53,563 bases of DNA from a virus (lineage: Duplodnaviria; Caudoviricetes): positions 1 to 53,563 of the IMG/VR virus record IMGVR_UViG_3300006128_000015; one strand, given 5' to 3'. Shown piece by piece: positions 19,396 to 29,617 of the stretch. The notes below the pieces were generated by a model. That model had not been told where the DNA came from, did not search any database, and worked only from the letters and a program-made list of their open reading frames with translations. Positions within the stretch are counted from its first letter, which is position 1. The number at the start of each line of letters is the position of its first letter. The translations under genes were made by a program, and so were the position numbers.

Positions 19396-20847
19396 TTAGT
19401 GTACAGGGGTAGCAGAGAAACCGGCAAAAGGCGACCCCGTATTCTGTCCTTGCGCACTATGGCCGTACTGAGCGCCGCCTTGACCACCCCCGGATATTTT
19501 ACCGAGCGCTGTATATTGCTGAGCCTGTTCCGGGGGCATGCCAACTAGGCCGATAAAGTTCTGCCTATAGAGGTTGTTGGCGTACTGCACCTTTTTGGCT
19601 GGGTCAGTTATACCTTGATAGTCATAGTCCGTTTTAAGCTGTTCTATCGTGGCAGCCTGCGCCTGCCGGGCGCCCCCCATAACCTGCATAGTAATCTGGC
19701 GATTAGCCGCTGCGCCTTCGGCACCCGCACGCATACCTTCCGCCTTCAGCGCGTACCCGCCGCGCAGGTTCTCTACTTGGACCGCCGAGGCCGCGCGCTG
19801 CGCCTCAATAGCTTGCTGGCTCTGGCGATTGCGCTCGTCTTCCGAAGCCTTTGTCCCGATACCAAATACGGCCAGAGTTTCTTGAGCGCGCTGCGCCGCC
19901 TGTGTATTTCGACCGGCTTCGATATCTGCAAGACCCTTGTTGATCTGGTCCTGACGCGCGTAGATATCTTTCTCACCCTGAACATAACCCGGCACGGCGG
20001 CGGCGATCCCGTTAGCCAGACCACGAGTGAACGACGGGCTACTCATCAGACCGCTAGCAAGCTGTAGGAGGGCGATGCCCTGAACTTGGTTCTGCCCCTT
20101 GTCGGGGTCAGATTGCTGTTGCAATAACTGTTGCTCTCGCGCGTCGGCATACTTGGTCTGTGGAGCCCCAAACAGCTTGCTAACTAGGCCAGCATTATTC
20201 TGCGATAGCAGGCTGCTAGTATCAATACCGTAGGTAGAAGCAAACTGGTTATTAGCGGCGGGAGCCTGTGGGGAAGTGGTATTGGGGTCAGCCGTAGCTA
20301 CTTGGGTATCCCCACTCCCGTCAAAGTGTTTAACATCCCCACCATCACCGAAAGCGATAATGCCACCCTGAGCGTACTGGTTGCCGTCGGTTTCCTTGAA
20401 CATGTCATCAGGGATAGGAAGCGCCGCGACACCGCCCACACCATCCGACTGCGTACCGGGTACGGGGTTAGATACTTCACCGCCGATAGCCATATGCTGA
20501 ACAGGAGCACTGGGAGCCCCTTGCGGGGCCATCATCTGAGGGGGCGCACCGAGACCCGCCGGAGGCGGTACGGGAGACTGGGGGTGAACCCCCTGAGGAG
20601 GAGCACCAAATGGCACAGGAGCCGCAGGCTTGGGCGGAGCCATAACTTGCTGGGCAACCGTCTGGTGGGGAGCCTGCTCGGCCTGCGCTGCACTGCGCAT
20701 ACGGTCGATGAACATACCAGCCATGATACCGGCGGTGGGATCAACAACCCCCAGCTGCATAGCCTGCGCGATGCGCTGCTTATCGCCGCCATATTCCATG
20801 GCAACAGCTTCAGGGGACTGAATCTTAAACGGTGCCGCTTCCATCAT
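19396..20847 (-). CDS. putative DNA ejection / internal virion protein
   Basis: Gln/Ala/Pro-rich with coiled coils and YAQGG-type motifs; podoviral core position. Confidence 0.65.
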   Translation of the reverse strand: MMEAAPFKIQSPEAVAMEYGGDKQRIAQAMQLGVVDPTAGIMAGMFIDRMRSAAQAEQAPHQTVAQQVMAPPKPAAPVPFGAPPQGVHPQSPVPPPAGLGAPPQMMAPQGAPSAPVQHMAIGGEVSNPVPGTQSDGVGGVAALPIPDDMFKETDGNQYAQGGIIAFGDGGDVKHFDGSGDTQVATADPNTTSPQAPAANNQFASTYGIDTSSLLSQNNAGLVSKLFGAPQTKYADAREQQLLQQQSDPDKGQNQVQGIALLQLASGLMSSPSFTRGLANGIAAAVPGYVQGEKDIYARQDQINKGLADIEAGRNTQAAQRAQETLAVFGIGTKASEDERNRQSQQAIEAQRAASAVQVENLRGGYALKAEGMRAGAEGAAANRQITMQVMGGARQAQAATIEQLKTDYDYQGITDPAKKVQYANNLYRQNFIGLVGMPPEQAQQYTALGKISGGGQGGAQYGHSAQGQNTGSPFAGFSATPVH

Positions 20848-20855
20848 CGGTTCCC

Positions 20856-21980
20856 TTAACTAGCCAGCTTGCTGAGACCCAGCCCGGCAACACCCAACGA
20901 CGCCGCTGTTTGGGCCGCACTTGGTTCCGCCATATACGTCGTTGACGTAGAGCTGGGGCTGATAGGCAGCCCATGCAGGATGCCACTGTAATAGCTAAGC
21001 TGCTGCATCGGGTAATTGAGCTGGTTCTGGAAGTTTAGGTACTGTTGGTTGAGCAATGTTTGGTTCTGGGCCTGCTGCTGCTGCCCCACTGCCGACTGCG
21101 CTTGCAGGTTCTGAAGGTTTGCATTCTGTGCAGCGGACCCGGCCCCTGTAAGAGCGTAAGCTGCTTGGTTAGCCTGCGAGAGACCCTGAAGACCAAGGTT
21201 AGCGCCAAACTGCTGGGCCTGCGACCCATATTGCTGTGCCTGAAGGGAGTTCTGAGCATTAGCTAGCTGCGCCTGCAAGTCCTGACCAGAACCCAACTGT
21301 TGAACGCCAAGGTTAGCCTGCAGGTTAGCCAAGTTAGCTTGTTGCCCCAGCTGGTTCTGTGTGTTGAACTCGTTCTGTGCGTTAGCGAAGGCGCCCTGCG
21401 TGTTGGTGGCGTTAATGTTGGCCAGCTGCGTTTGCAGGTTCATATTGTTCTGAGTATTAGTCAGCGCGGAATTGCTACCGCCGTATGTACCCTGTGCCGC
21501 CTGCGCGAGGTTATTCTGTACTTGATTCTGGTTGGCGTTGCGCAGTGCTGCCTTTGTCTGGACGTCCGTAACATTCTGCATGTACGGAGACATATATTGA
21601 TTGACCGCGTTCTGGTCGAACTGTTGCGGCCCTTGGGCTTGGTAGTTAGTCAGGCTAGGCGCTTGCGCTTGCTGAGCGTTAAACTGCATCGGCGTGTACG
21701 TGTTACCAATATTAAGCGCCTGAGCGCCAGCCGTACTAGCCAGATTGGACGCCGTCCCATATTGACTGGGGGCTTGCAGCCCCATAGCAGCTTGCTGCGC
21801 GGCTAACTGATCCGGTGTAAAGTTAGCAACCTGCTGCCCTTGGTAGGGAGTATATGCCTGATTGGATAGCCCCTGAGCCTGCGCAAACGCCTGCATGACG
21901 TACGGTTGTGCGTACGCCGGAAGGTTAGAAGTATTAGTAGTAGACTGAACCTGCTGTGTGCCGCCACCGCCACTAGACAT
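20856..21980 (-). CDS. putative DNA ejection / pilot protein
   Basis: Q/N/A-rich; NQYMSPYMQNV; hydrophobic Gly-rich C-terminus. Confidence 0.7.
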   Translation of the reverse strand: MSSGGGGTQQVQSTTNTSNLPAYAQPYVMQAFAQAQGLSNQAYTPYQGQQVANFTPDQLAAQQAAMGLQAPSQYGTASNLASTAGAQALNIGNTYTPMQFNAQQAQAPSLTNYQAQGPQQFDQNAVNQYMSPYMQNVTDVQTKAALRNANQNQVQNNLAQAAQGTYGGSNSALTNTQNNMNLQTQLANINATNTQGAFANAQNEFNTQNQLGQQANLANLQANLGVQQLGSGQDLQAQLANAQNSLQAQQYGSQAQQFGANLGLQGLSQANQAAYALTGAGSAAQNANLQNLQAQSAVGQQQQAQNQTLLNQQYLNFQNQLNYPMQQLSYYSGILHGLPISPSSTSTTYMAEPSAAQTAASLGVAGLGLSKLAS

Positions 21981-21981
21981 A

Positions 21982-22419
21982 TTACGCTCCTATACCTGCG
22001 TCACCGGCAGGAAGTTCGAATAGCTGCCACAGCGGTTTGTAGCCGTCAGCCTTAAAAATCTTCGACCACCCAAGGCGGCCATTAGCTTCGATGCCGTCGC
22101 ACTGGTTATCATAAGCCCAGCACTTCATTACCCGAAGCATCTCTTCTTTCCAGTCAAACCCATCTTCGCCGCCACAGAACATCAAATAGAGATACTTCTT
22201 GCGTGGGTAAGTAACAATCGTGGTTACGACTATGCCTTTTATAACCGACCCTTCGTAAGCAATCCAGAGTAAATACTTGCCGTCAAGGATAAGGTCTAGC
22301 ACATCTTCCGGTTCAAAGCGACCATAGGAGTAGTCTGTCGATAGTTTTACGTAGTGCGCAATCTTGGGCCATACACCTAGGACACAGTCCATCGGTACTA
22401 CGCTAACTTGGGCAGCCAT
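21982..22419 (-). CDS. GNAT-like virion-associated protein (T7 gp13-like position)
   Basis: Alpha/beta pattern with LWI...GIVVT...YPRKK...GG...GRLGW; synteny. Confidence 0.55.
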   Translation of the reverse strand: MAAQVSVVPMDCVLGVWPKIAHYVKLSTDYSYGRFEPEDVLDLILDGKYLLWIAYEGSVIKGIVVTTIVTYPRKKYLYLMFCGGEDGFDWKEEMLRVMKCWAYDNQCDGIEANGRLGWSKIFKADGYKPLWQLFELPAGDAGIGA

Positions 22420-23309
22420 TATGCGAGACCCTTGCGCAACCCAGTATCCTGACCGCGCTTAGCTTTCTTGCGCGCGTTCTCTGCCTTCTTCATAAGAGCG
22501 TATAGTTTCTGGGTGCCCTTACTGTGGCTACCACTGCCTAGGCGCGCTACCGCTTCGGGGTCGAACTTAACTTCATCACGCGCCACGCGGGCCTTCTGGG
22601 TGCCGCCGATACTAGCAGGGATAGAGTCGCTTACACCATCACCGGGGCCGTGCAGGGGGTGACCACCCCAACGAGCAAGAAGGTCTTGACCCGCACTACT
22701 ACTACCGTTGCCCAATTCCGATACCGTGCGGGCATCCACAATGAACGAGCCGTCCTTAATGGGCATCGCGCCGCCACGGGCGTAATTGGAAATTGCCGGT
22801 AACCCCTTGATCTGGCTAGTGCCGTTAGGGTTGTTACCTACCTGTTGCGCGGGTGCAGGCGGCGGAATCTGCGGGGCTTGGAATTGGGGGGCGTTCATGT
22901 TTGCGCGCATAGCCGCAATCGGGTCTTGGGGAGCCATAAACTCGGGGTTATTGCCCGTGCTGGCCATAGTTTCCGCCGCAGGTTGGGGAACCGTCTGGTT
23001 CGGAGGAGAAGGTTGGTTGATTGGGCCACCAGAAGCGTACCCAGTGGGCATATTACCTACACCACCAAACTGATTGATTTTGTTCGCCGGGGCAGTCTCA
23101 TATACGTACGGGTTGTTGTTCTTGTCCAGCAACTGCATGTTATAGGTATTGAAGAACTGCGCTTCCTGCGTCGGCGCTTGGTACACGCCGTTGGGGCCCA
23201 TAACGAGCTGGCTGGCTTGAGGATTAACTGTACGGGGGGCATAATGATATGGCCCGTTGTAGATGGGTACTTGCTGCTGGGGGCCGCTACCGGGCGAGTG
23301 GGACATCAT
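22419..23309 (-). CDS. C-terminal part of a putative ejection protein
   Basis: GPGDGVSDSIPA motif; in frame with 23382-23999 across a single TAA. Confidence 0.7.
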   Translation of the reverse strand: MMSHSPGSGPQQQVPIYNGPYHYAPRTVNPQASQLVMGPNGVYQAPTQEAQFFNTYNMQLLDKNNNPYVYETAPANKINQFGGVGNMPTGYASGGPINQPSPPNQTVPQPAAETMASTGNNPEFMAPQDPIAAMRANMNAPQFQAPQIPPPAPAQQVGNNPNGTSQIKGLPAISNYARGGAMPIKDGSFIVDARTVSELGNGSSSAGQDLLARWGGHPLHGPGDGVSDSIPASIGGTQKARVARDEVKFDPEAVARLGSGSHSKGTQKLYALMKKAENARKKAKRGQDTGLRKGLA

Positions 23310-23381
23310 ATCCGAGACACCACCGAGAAGGCCGAGGCCCGCAGCGTAGGGGGCGTACTTAGCCGCAGTGGCACTATCTAG

Positions 23382-23999
23382 TTAAGAGCCGGGTTCAAAC
23401 GGTGCTCTGGAAGCCGCAATCGTGCGTTGAAGAAGATTACCGGAGTTTGCTAGGTTAGTAGCACCAGCAGCACCAGTAGCCGTAGCCGTACCGCCCAATG
23501 CGGAAGCAACGTCAGAGCCGTACAGCGCACTAGCCTCCTCGGCAGACAACCCCCCAAGTGCACCAGCAGCACCAGCAGCACCAGCACCAGCACCAGAGGC
23601 CGCGCCAGTAGTAGCACCCGTAGCAGCACTCGCACCGCTAGCCGCGCCCGAAGCCAAACCAGTAGCAAGCGAAGCGCCGCCGAACGCGCCGAGGCCAGCC
23701 ATAAGGCCCTTGGTAAGACTACCAGTAGCGGCGGTATCAGCAGCACCCACAAGACCCGCTGCGGCAAGAGTTCCCACGCCGGGAATCATACTCAGCAACG
23801 CACCACCAAGCATAGGTAGCAAGCCGCTAAGGAAGCTAGCTTCGGGGAGGCCCGTCTCGGGGTTAATAGTCAGCGAACCACCAGCAGCTCTGGCGAGAGA
23901 CTGAAGACCACCAACTTCACCGGGTGTCATATGGACGAGCATAGTATCTTCGCCGCGACCCCGCGACTGCACGTGCTTAGCCATCTGCGAATAGGGCAT
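23382..23999 (-). CDS. N-terminal part of a putative ejection protein
   Basis: GRGEDTMLVHMTPGEV...TINPETGLPEA followed by Gly/Ala-rich hydrophobic helices. Confidence 0.75.
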   Translation of the reverse strand: MPYSQMAKHVQSRGRGEDTMLVHMTPGEVGGLQSLARAAGGSLTINPETGLPEASFLSGLLPMLGGALLSMIPGVGTLAAAGLVGAADTAATGSLTKGLMAGLGAFGGASLATGLASGAASGASAATGATTGAASGAGAGAAGAAGALGGLSAEEASALYGSDVASALGGTATATGAAGATNLANSGNLLQRTIAASRAPFEPGS

Positions 24000-24012
24000 A
24001 CTCTACCGTCCT

Positions 24013-24969
24013 CTAGTGTATCTTGACGCTTATACTACCAATTTGCCCAAAACCAAAGACCGGAAGTGGTGCAACATAAGTAGTCAGCGGGAACCGGCTG
24101 GAGATGTACTGCACTTCCAGAATAACAGACGGCGTGGCGGGTATAGCCGGAGTCACGCCCGCAGAATAGGTAACCGCCGATAGGGCCGCAACACTCGTCG
24201 TAGTCGCCGTGGACCCCCAGATAACCTCAATGTAGTCGTTCGCAGCAAGCTGAATAGTAAAGGGAGTAACCGCACACAATGCCGCAGGAGTACCGGCATT
24301 CTTTCGGGCCGGAATACTAAACTGAGTATTGGACGAAGCTATATCCGTGCCGTTCTTGCGAAACCAGAGGTTGATTAATTCAGTACCAGTAGAAGAACTC
24401 GTGAACTGAATGCTAGGTATGAACTGATACACGCCCGCATACTGCACGGTCACACGGCTATTACTTACTACACTGATCCCGTCTGGGAAGTTATTTACGT
24501 TATAGGTTATCGCAACTGCTTGGTCGATTGCCGAAAGTGTCTGGTTTGCTGTGCTCTGCAGGTCGTTATATGGTTTCCAGACGTTGCGCCCATCACCATA
24601 GAGGTAGTCGGCGTAGACGTTACCCACATCAACGTCGGTAGCTACCATGCGTCCGACTAGTGCCCCATATGCGATCAGGGCTGACGTCTTGATGCCGTTT
24701 GATGCTTGGTAGCCGATAGTCCCATACTGCGATTCAAGCGTTGTGGTGTTTACATCAGTAGCAGTTACGTTAGTTCCGGAGATCGTCGTACCCGCAAAAG
24801 AGCCGCCAATGAAAGTAGTGGCGGTGTACTGCTGTGCGTGATTAGGTGTAGCAGAGTCCAGCTGTGCAAAGTAAATCTCCAAAGCACGAATAAGCTGCCG
24901 CAGGTATTGCGGGTCGTACTCCCCAGAAGGGTTGGGTAGCGGAGGCGCTTTGAATTGATCTAAGGCCAT
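24013..24969 (-). CDS. tail-associated protein with a C-terminal beta-sandwich (C1q/BclA-like)
   Basis: N-terminal PPLP...YDPQY helix; AGVYQF...LAANDYIEV. Confidence 0.55.
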   Translation of the reverse strand: MALDQFKAPPLPNPSGEYDPQYLRQLIRALEIYFAQLDSATPNHAQQYTATTFIGGSFAGTTISGTNVTATDVNTTTLESQYGTIGYQASNGIKTSALIAYGALVGRMVATDVDVGNVYADYLYGDGRNVWKPYNDLQSTANQTLSAIDQAVAITYNVNNFPDGISVVSNSRVTVQYAGVYQFIPSIQFTSSSTGTELINLWFRKNGTDIASSNTQFSIPARKNAGTPAALCAVTPFTIQLAANDYIEVIWGSTATTTSVAALSAVTYSAGVTPAIPATPSVILEVQYISSRFPLTTYVAPLPVFGFGQIGSISVKIH

Positions 24970-24972
24970 AGG

Positions 24973-26946
24973 TTAACGCTTGCCATCAGCACGCACATCA
25001 AGTCTAGGTGAGCCCATCTGCCACTGAGACCCAAGTGCACTGGACCCAATCTGCAATGCCATCTGCCTCGCGCGGGCGCGAATAAACACCTGATCCGTGT
25101 ATGGGGTTACGTTGACTGTAGTGAGCCCCGACCCCGTTACGTTAGCGTTGTCCTCGGGAAAATTAGAGGGGGTGTTACCGGGGAAGTTTCGGAAGTACAT
25201 AGACATCGTAACTTGGGCGTTAGTGTTGGTAGACCCCTCAAACCCTATGTCGGGCACAAGGCGGCGACTAATCATAAACTGCTCGCCGTCGTCCAAGTCA
25301 AAATCATTAGAGCGGATATATGACACCATGGGTAGGCCGTCCGCATCCGCTCCGTCCTCGTGGTTGTACAGAATACCTGATTGGGTGGTAGTATTGTTTT
25401 GCCCCGTGTAAGCCGCCTGCGGCCAATGCCGAGTAGGCGTATCGAGCCAAGCAGTGCGCGCCAGCGTGCCATAATACCAGACCTTATCCAGATAATTGAA
25501 TACTACGTACGCGTTGTTCCAACTAGAATCTGCTGTAGGGTAGAACCACCACACTTCGTTCCACTGCTCGTTAGTACCACACACAACTTGTTCAGCTTGG
25601 TCGTTATTGATGTTCATGAATACATGGTTGCGCAAAGTACACGGTAGCGTCTCTACTCGCCCGGTGTAGGCATAGAACTTATCTTGGCCCATCCAGTACA
25701 CAATACTTGCTGCCGTAGCCGTACAGCGGGGGGATATGATTGAGATATTGTCGGCGTATTCTTGTAGTGCGAAGACAGAAGTTGTCCCGGTGAATTGAAG
25801 CGTATAAAGCGCTTGATCCGTCCATACGAGGATTTCCTGCCGGGTAGGCATAGCGCAGACGATACGCGAGCCGCGAGATACACGGATATAACCAGCAGCA
25901 CTATAGGTCGTGCCATCAGCAAGCGTTCCGGGGGTCCATTGCGCCGGGTTACTCTGGTCAGACCAACGAATAAGCAGGGGATCAAAAGTCGAAGGGCTAG
26001 TCTGCCCGTATGGCACTGCGCCAAACGCCAATACAATCTGATACTGCTGTGCAACCATAGACTGCATAACTTGCGACGGAACCGCGTTGGGGTCGTAGTT
26101 TGGACTACCCATGTTTGTAGCGACTTGGGCCAACGTAATGGCTCTGGTGTTCAACGCAGAAGTGGGGTCAGTCGTAGCTCCGCGCGCCCAGTAATACATC
26201 ACACCATTGCGCAGGTTAGCAATCAGGTCGTTGTCGTAGTTGCTAAGAAACCAATCATCTTGCTGTTCGTTGATACCACCAGCAGTAGAGCCCAGACCCC
26301 ACGCATCGCGGCCCCAATCACCAGCGCCCCAACCATAACCTAGCGTAGCCGAAGCATTACCCGGCGGAATCTCAAATGAGATACTAATACCCGTGCCGCC
26401 CTGAGCAGAGGTAGTAGACGTAGCGTTGGTGGTCGTCACGAAAGTAAACGTATTAGCACCCGTAACTGTAATCTCTTGGTTACCATTGATCTGGCTTACC
26501 GGAATACCGCCGATAGAAGTGCCCGCCACCCCCACAATGGTTACAAACGAGTTGCTTTCTGCTCCATGCCCCGTAGCGAGTGTGATGGTTACAACGCTAG
26601 AGTTGTTCGTTGTGCTTACGCAGTTGTTGGTGTTGGACCCCGTTAACGTCGGGTTTGCGTCGCGTAGGGGTGTGATATCGCTGTAGTACCCATTACCAGC
26701 TTCAATATAGAGCTTGTTGTTGGTGCCCAGTGCGAGGAAGTTATCACTAAACGTGGTAACCCAGTTCCACATCTGACGGCATACGCCATAGAAGCGGTTA
26801 GTCGTAACGCTGACCCAGCCGCCCAATTTTTCGGGGAACCCGGAACGGAACCTGATTTGGTCACACGCATACCAGCCGCCTTCGCCAGAATAGTTAGTCT
26901 GGTCTCGGTTAACACCCGGTCGGAACTGTAGTTTAATAAAAGTCAT
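24973..26946 (-). CDS. tail nozzle / DNA stabilization protein
   Basis: 657 aa, beta-rich; LIRWSDQ, EILVWTD, NEVWWFYP, WYYGTLARTAW; synteny. Confidence 0.7.
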   Translation of the reverse strand: MTFIKLQFRPGVNRDQTNYSGEGGWYACDQIRFRSGFPEKLGGWVSVTTNRFYGVCRQMWNWVTTFSDNFLALGTNNKLYIEAGNGYYSDITPLRDANPTLTGSNTNNCVSTTNNSSVVTITLATGHGAESNSFVTIVGVAGTSIGGIPVSQINGNQEITVTGANTFTFVTTTNATSTTSAQGGTGISISFEIPPGNASATLGYGWGAGDWGRDAWGLGSTAGGINEQQDDWFLSNYDNDLIANLRNGVMYYWARGATTDPTSALNTRAITLAQVATNMGSPNYDPNAVPSQVMQSMVAQQYQIVLAFGAVPYGQTSPSTFDPLLIRWSDQSNPAQWTPGTLADGTTYSAAGYIRVSRGSRIVCAMPTRQEILVWTDQALYTLQFTGTTSVFALQEYADNISIISPRCTATAASIVYWMGQDKFYAYTGRVETLPCTLRNHVFMNINNDQAEQVVCGTNEQWNEVWWFYPTADSSWNNAYVVFNYLDKVWYYGTLARTAWLDTPTRHWPQAAYTGQNNTTTQSGILYNHEDGADADGLPMVSYIRSNDFDLDDGEQFMISRRLVPDIGFEGSTNTNAQVTMSMYFRNFPGNTPSNFPEDNANVTGSGLTTVNVTPYTDQVFIRARARQMALQIGSSALGSQWQMGSPRLDVRADGKR

Positions 26947-28277
26947 TAGCGGAGCTCAGACCAATAATAGAGCGTTGGTGTGCCGTTAATTCTATAATAC
27001 CCGTTGTTCGGTACGATGAACGCAATCTGGGCGTGGTACTGAAAGTCAGAAAGCGTAATCCACGTAGAGCCATCGTTGGAGACCTGAAAGCCGTACGCAG
27101 TATTACCGCTGTCTGCTTGGATAGCGACCATGATTGGCCGCCCCGTAGTGTTTTGGTAGCTGGTGTTCACCGAGCGGGCTGGAACCTGCCACGTTTGCCC
27201 CACGCCGATAATCGTTGAGGATGCAGCTGCACCGAGGGACGTCAAAGCCGCAGCTGTCGTATTAGCCCCAGTACCACCGTTCGCTACCGGTAGGATACCC
27301 GTAACCTGAGACTGTAAGTTGACGCCCGTGAGTGTGCCGCCAAGCGTAAGGCTGCCCGAAGACGTAACCGTCCCGGTAAGAGTGATACCATTAACCGCAC
27401 CAGTGCCGCCCACAGAAGTAACTGTACCGCCCGGGTTTGTGGCCGCGATGGTGATACCGCCCGTGTTGGAGTTGGTAATGGTGATGTTAGACCCGGCGGT
27501 GAGCGTGGATAGCGCAAAAGCCCCGGTATTGGTGCCGACGGGAATCGTCCCCGCCGTAGGGGCGGTATTAAATCCCGTACCACCCGAAGCAATAGACAAC
27601 GGGGTAGTTAGACCAGAGATGTTGCCGCCCGTAATGGTGGCATTCGAAGAAGTTATGTTAGTCGAGGTGATGTTAGATGAGGTGATGTTAGACGAGGTGA
27701 TATTGGAGGAAGTCAGGCTTACACCAGAGACACTACCACCAGTAATAGCAACACCCGAAGCCGCTTGAGTGGACATAGTGCCGAGACCCAGCGCCGACTG
27801 CGCGGAAGCCTGAGTGTTACCTCCAGTACCGCCCGAGGCAATGCCCAGCGGAGAGCCGAGCGACAAAGACGATAGATAGGTAACTACGTCCTTCACGTTA
27901 GTGCCGTCGTTAAACACCCAGACGGTTTTACCTGCCGGGACGGCGATTCCAGTGCCCGTAGCATTTTTGACTGTAATAGTGCCATCAGTGCCGTTGTTGA
28001 CGATGTACGCTTTCTCGGTAGACGGGACCACGAGGTTATACCCAGACGTGGCAGTGCCAGTGAGATTCAGCCGCAGGTTGCGAGCTGTCTGCGAAGCGTT
28101 AGTGTCCGTAAGCGTCAGTGTGACGTTAGCATTAGAGAAAGCTACATCCGCCGACCCAGTAATAGCCTCTTCAATAGCCGTGCCCAAATTAAGGTTGGTA
28201 ACCGTACCCCACGTAGTAGAGTTTTCGCCGGTAGCCATGAGCTGGATTTTAAGTGTGGGGCTGTACGTACTAGACAT
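26946..28277 (-). CDS. tail fibre protein
   Basis: Thr/Ser/Gly-rich; repeated L.(I/V)A.GGTG; TSSNI repeats; C-terminal GVGQTWQ...YQNTTGRPI tip domain. Confidence 0.8.
   Translation of the reverse strand: MSSTYSPTLKIQLMATGENSTTWGTVTNLNLGTAIEEAITGSADVAFSNANVTLTLTDTNASQTARNLRLNLTGTATSGYNLVVPSTEKAYIVNNGTDGTITVKNATGTGIAVPAGKTVWVFNDGTNVKDVVTYLSSLSLGSPLGIASGGTGGNTQASAQSALGLGTMSTQAASGVAITGGSVSGVSLTSSNITSSNITSSNITSTNITSSNATITGGNISGLTTPLSIASGGTGFNTAPTAGTIPVGTNTGAFALSTLTAGSNITITNSNTGGITIAATNPGGTVTSVGGTGAVNGITLTGTVTSSGSLTLGGTLTGVNLQSQVTGILPVANGGTGANTTAAALTSLGAAASSTIIGVGQTWQVPARSVNTSYQNTTGRPIMVAIQADSGNTAYGFQVSNDGSTWITLSDFQYHAQIAFIVPNNGYYRINGTPTLYYWSELR
27640..27715 (-). repeat. 15-bp coding tandem repeat (TSSNI x about 5)
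   Basis: GAGGTGATGTTAGA-like units on the + strand; protein LTSSNITSSNITSSNITSTNITSSNA. Confidence 0.85.
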
Positions 28278-28286
28278 CTTCGTTCC

Positions 28287-29048
28287 TTACGTCGGTATTT
28301 GAACCCAGACTACAGTGTTACCTTCGTTAATCTGTGCCCATGTAGCACTACTGCTTTCGTCTATAGGCGACCAATTAGGCGTTTGGCTCTCGTTAATTAA
28401 GCCCCATGCAAGCGGGGTAGAGATAAGTCCCTGTGCTTGTACACCATTTACTAGGGCTTGAACACTAATCTTGACGGAAGCCACACCGACTGCGCCAGAA
28501 GCAGAAACACCAGTAGCCGCGACATTGGCCGGGAAGGTAATACTGACCGACCCAATCGAGCCAGAAGCATTTACCCCCGTAGCGTTATTGTTAGCCGCAC
28601 CAGAGGCGCTTGACTGGTCTACACTCCCAGAAGCAGAAACACCAGAGATGGATACACTAACCGTGCCGGAGGTAGTAGCGGCCCCGATAGAACCCGCAGC
28701 GGTAATACCAGAGAGTGTTGCGGTAGCATCCGCCGACGTACTCGCTGACCCAATCAAGCCAGAAGCAGAAACCCCAGTAGCGCTTACGTTTATTTGGACA
28801 GCGGCTGTGGCGGAACCAACCGACCCAAAAGCCGAGACACCCGTAGTGCCGACATTAGCTGCAGCGGAAGTAGTAGCAGAACCAACAACACCAGAGGCCG
28901 AGACCCCGGTAACCGCTATATTGGCAGTTAGGTTAGTAGCTACTGTGCCGAGCGAGCCCGAAGCGGAAACACCAGTAACATTTACACTGATGTTATTGGA
29001 ACCGAGACTAGCAAACGGGGCCGCCGCAAAGGGGGTAAAGCCGAACAT
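28287..29048 (-). CDS. repetitive virion fibre-like protein
   Basis: About 9 repeats of roughly 24 aa with a (T/S)GVSASG.(V/I)G core; starts MFGFTPFA. Confidence 0.75.
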   Translation of the reverse strand: MFGFTPFAAAPFASLGSNNISVNVTGVSASGSLGTVATNLTANIAVTGVSASGVVGSATTSAAANVGTTGVSAFGSVGSATAAVQINVSATGVSASGLIGSASTSADATATLSGITAAGSIGAATTSGTVSVSISGVSASGSVDQSSASGAANNNATGVNASGSIGSVSITFPANVAATGVSASGAVGVASVKISVQALVNGVQAQGLISTPLAWGLINESQTPNWSPIDESSSATWAQINEGNTVVWVQIPT

Positions 29049-29068
29049 ATATTACCCCCTTTCTTTAA

Positions 29069-29299
29069 CTACTTGCTTTTTGGGCAGTCGTTCTCGCAGA
29101 CGCAAACCCACTGGCTATTGTGGTGCTCTATCTGTTTAACCGTTGGCGCGCTATCCAACTTGCTATTGTACATGATCGGCGCAGCAATTCGGCAATAATC
29201 ACTTACTGTTTTGGGCGGCATCAAACCGGCTGCGCAAGCGCTCGTCACGAACAGGGTCGGGAGTACTGACAGCTTCCTCAGCCTTGACCACATTAACAT
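29069..29299 (-). CDS. o-spanin (Rz1-like lipoprotein)
   Basis: Basic N-terminus, hydrophobic stretch and lipobox-like VTSAC; overlaps the i-spanin in another frame. Confidence 0.7.
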   Translation of the reverse strand: MLMWSRLRKLSVLPTLFVTSACAAGLMPPKTVSDYCRIAAPIMYNSKLDSAPTVKQIEHHNSQWVCVCENDCPKSK

Positions 29300-29408
29300 T
29301 CAGTACCTCCTCAACTTGCTGCCGCCCCTGTGCCTCTAGCTTGCTGTTTTGGTAAGCCGCGAACAGCTTGTTCAACAAAGAAAACAGGGACGACAGAAGC
29401 TGCAGCAT
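29199..29408 (-). CDS. i-spanin (Rz-like)
   Basis: Hydrophobic N-terminal helix then a short coiled coil; follows the holin. Confidence 0.65.
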   Translation of the reverse strand: MLQLLSSLFSLLNKLFAAYQNSKLEAQGRQQVEEVLNVNVVKAEEAVSTPDPVRDERLRSRFDAAQNSK

Positions 29409-29410
29409 GA

Positions 29411-29617
29411 TTAGGCCTTCGGGGCTGCCGGAGCAGCAGGAGCCACAACCTTACCGCCATCAATGAAGAAAGCAGCAAGACCAGCGAGGGCCGCGACAAC
29501 CGCCGAAATAGCCTGATAGGCCGGGGTCGAAAGACCAAGCGCGGTAGCGAAAACTCCAAGACCTGCGTACGAAGATGGCTGAGTCAGCATCTTCAGGATA
29601 TAGTTAACGAAGTTCAT
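29411..29617 (-). CDS. holin-like membrane protein
   Basis: Two hydrophobic segments; lies between the endolysin and the spanins. Confidence 0.7.
   Translation of the reverse strand: MNFVNYILKMLTQPSSYAGLGVFATALGLSTPAYQAISAVVAALAGLAAFFIDGGKVVAPAAPAAPKA

Noticed and set aside
19380-19396. In-frame juxtaposition of the 20847 ORF and the giant ORF as readthrough
   Set aside because: The gap is only 15 nt and contains its own AAGGGG RBS, so this is ordinary reinitiation.
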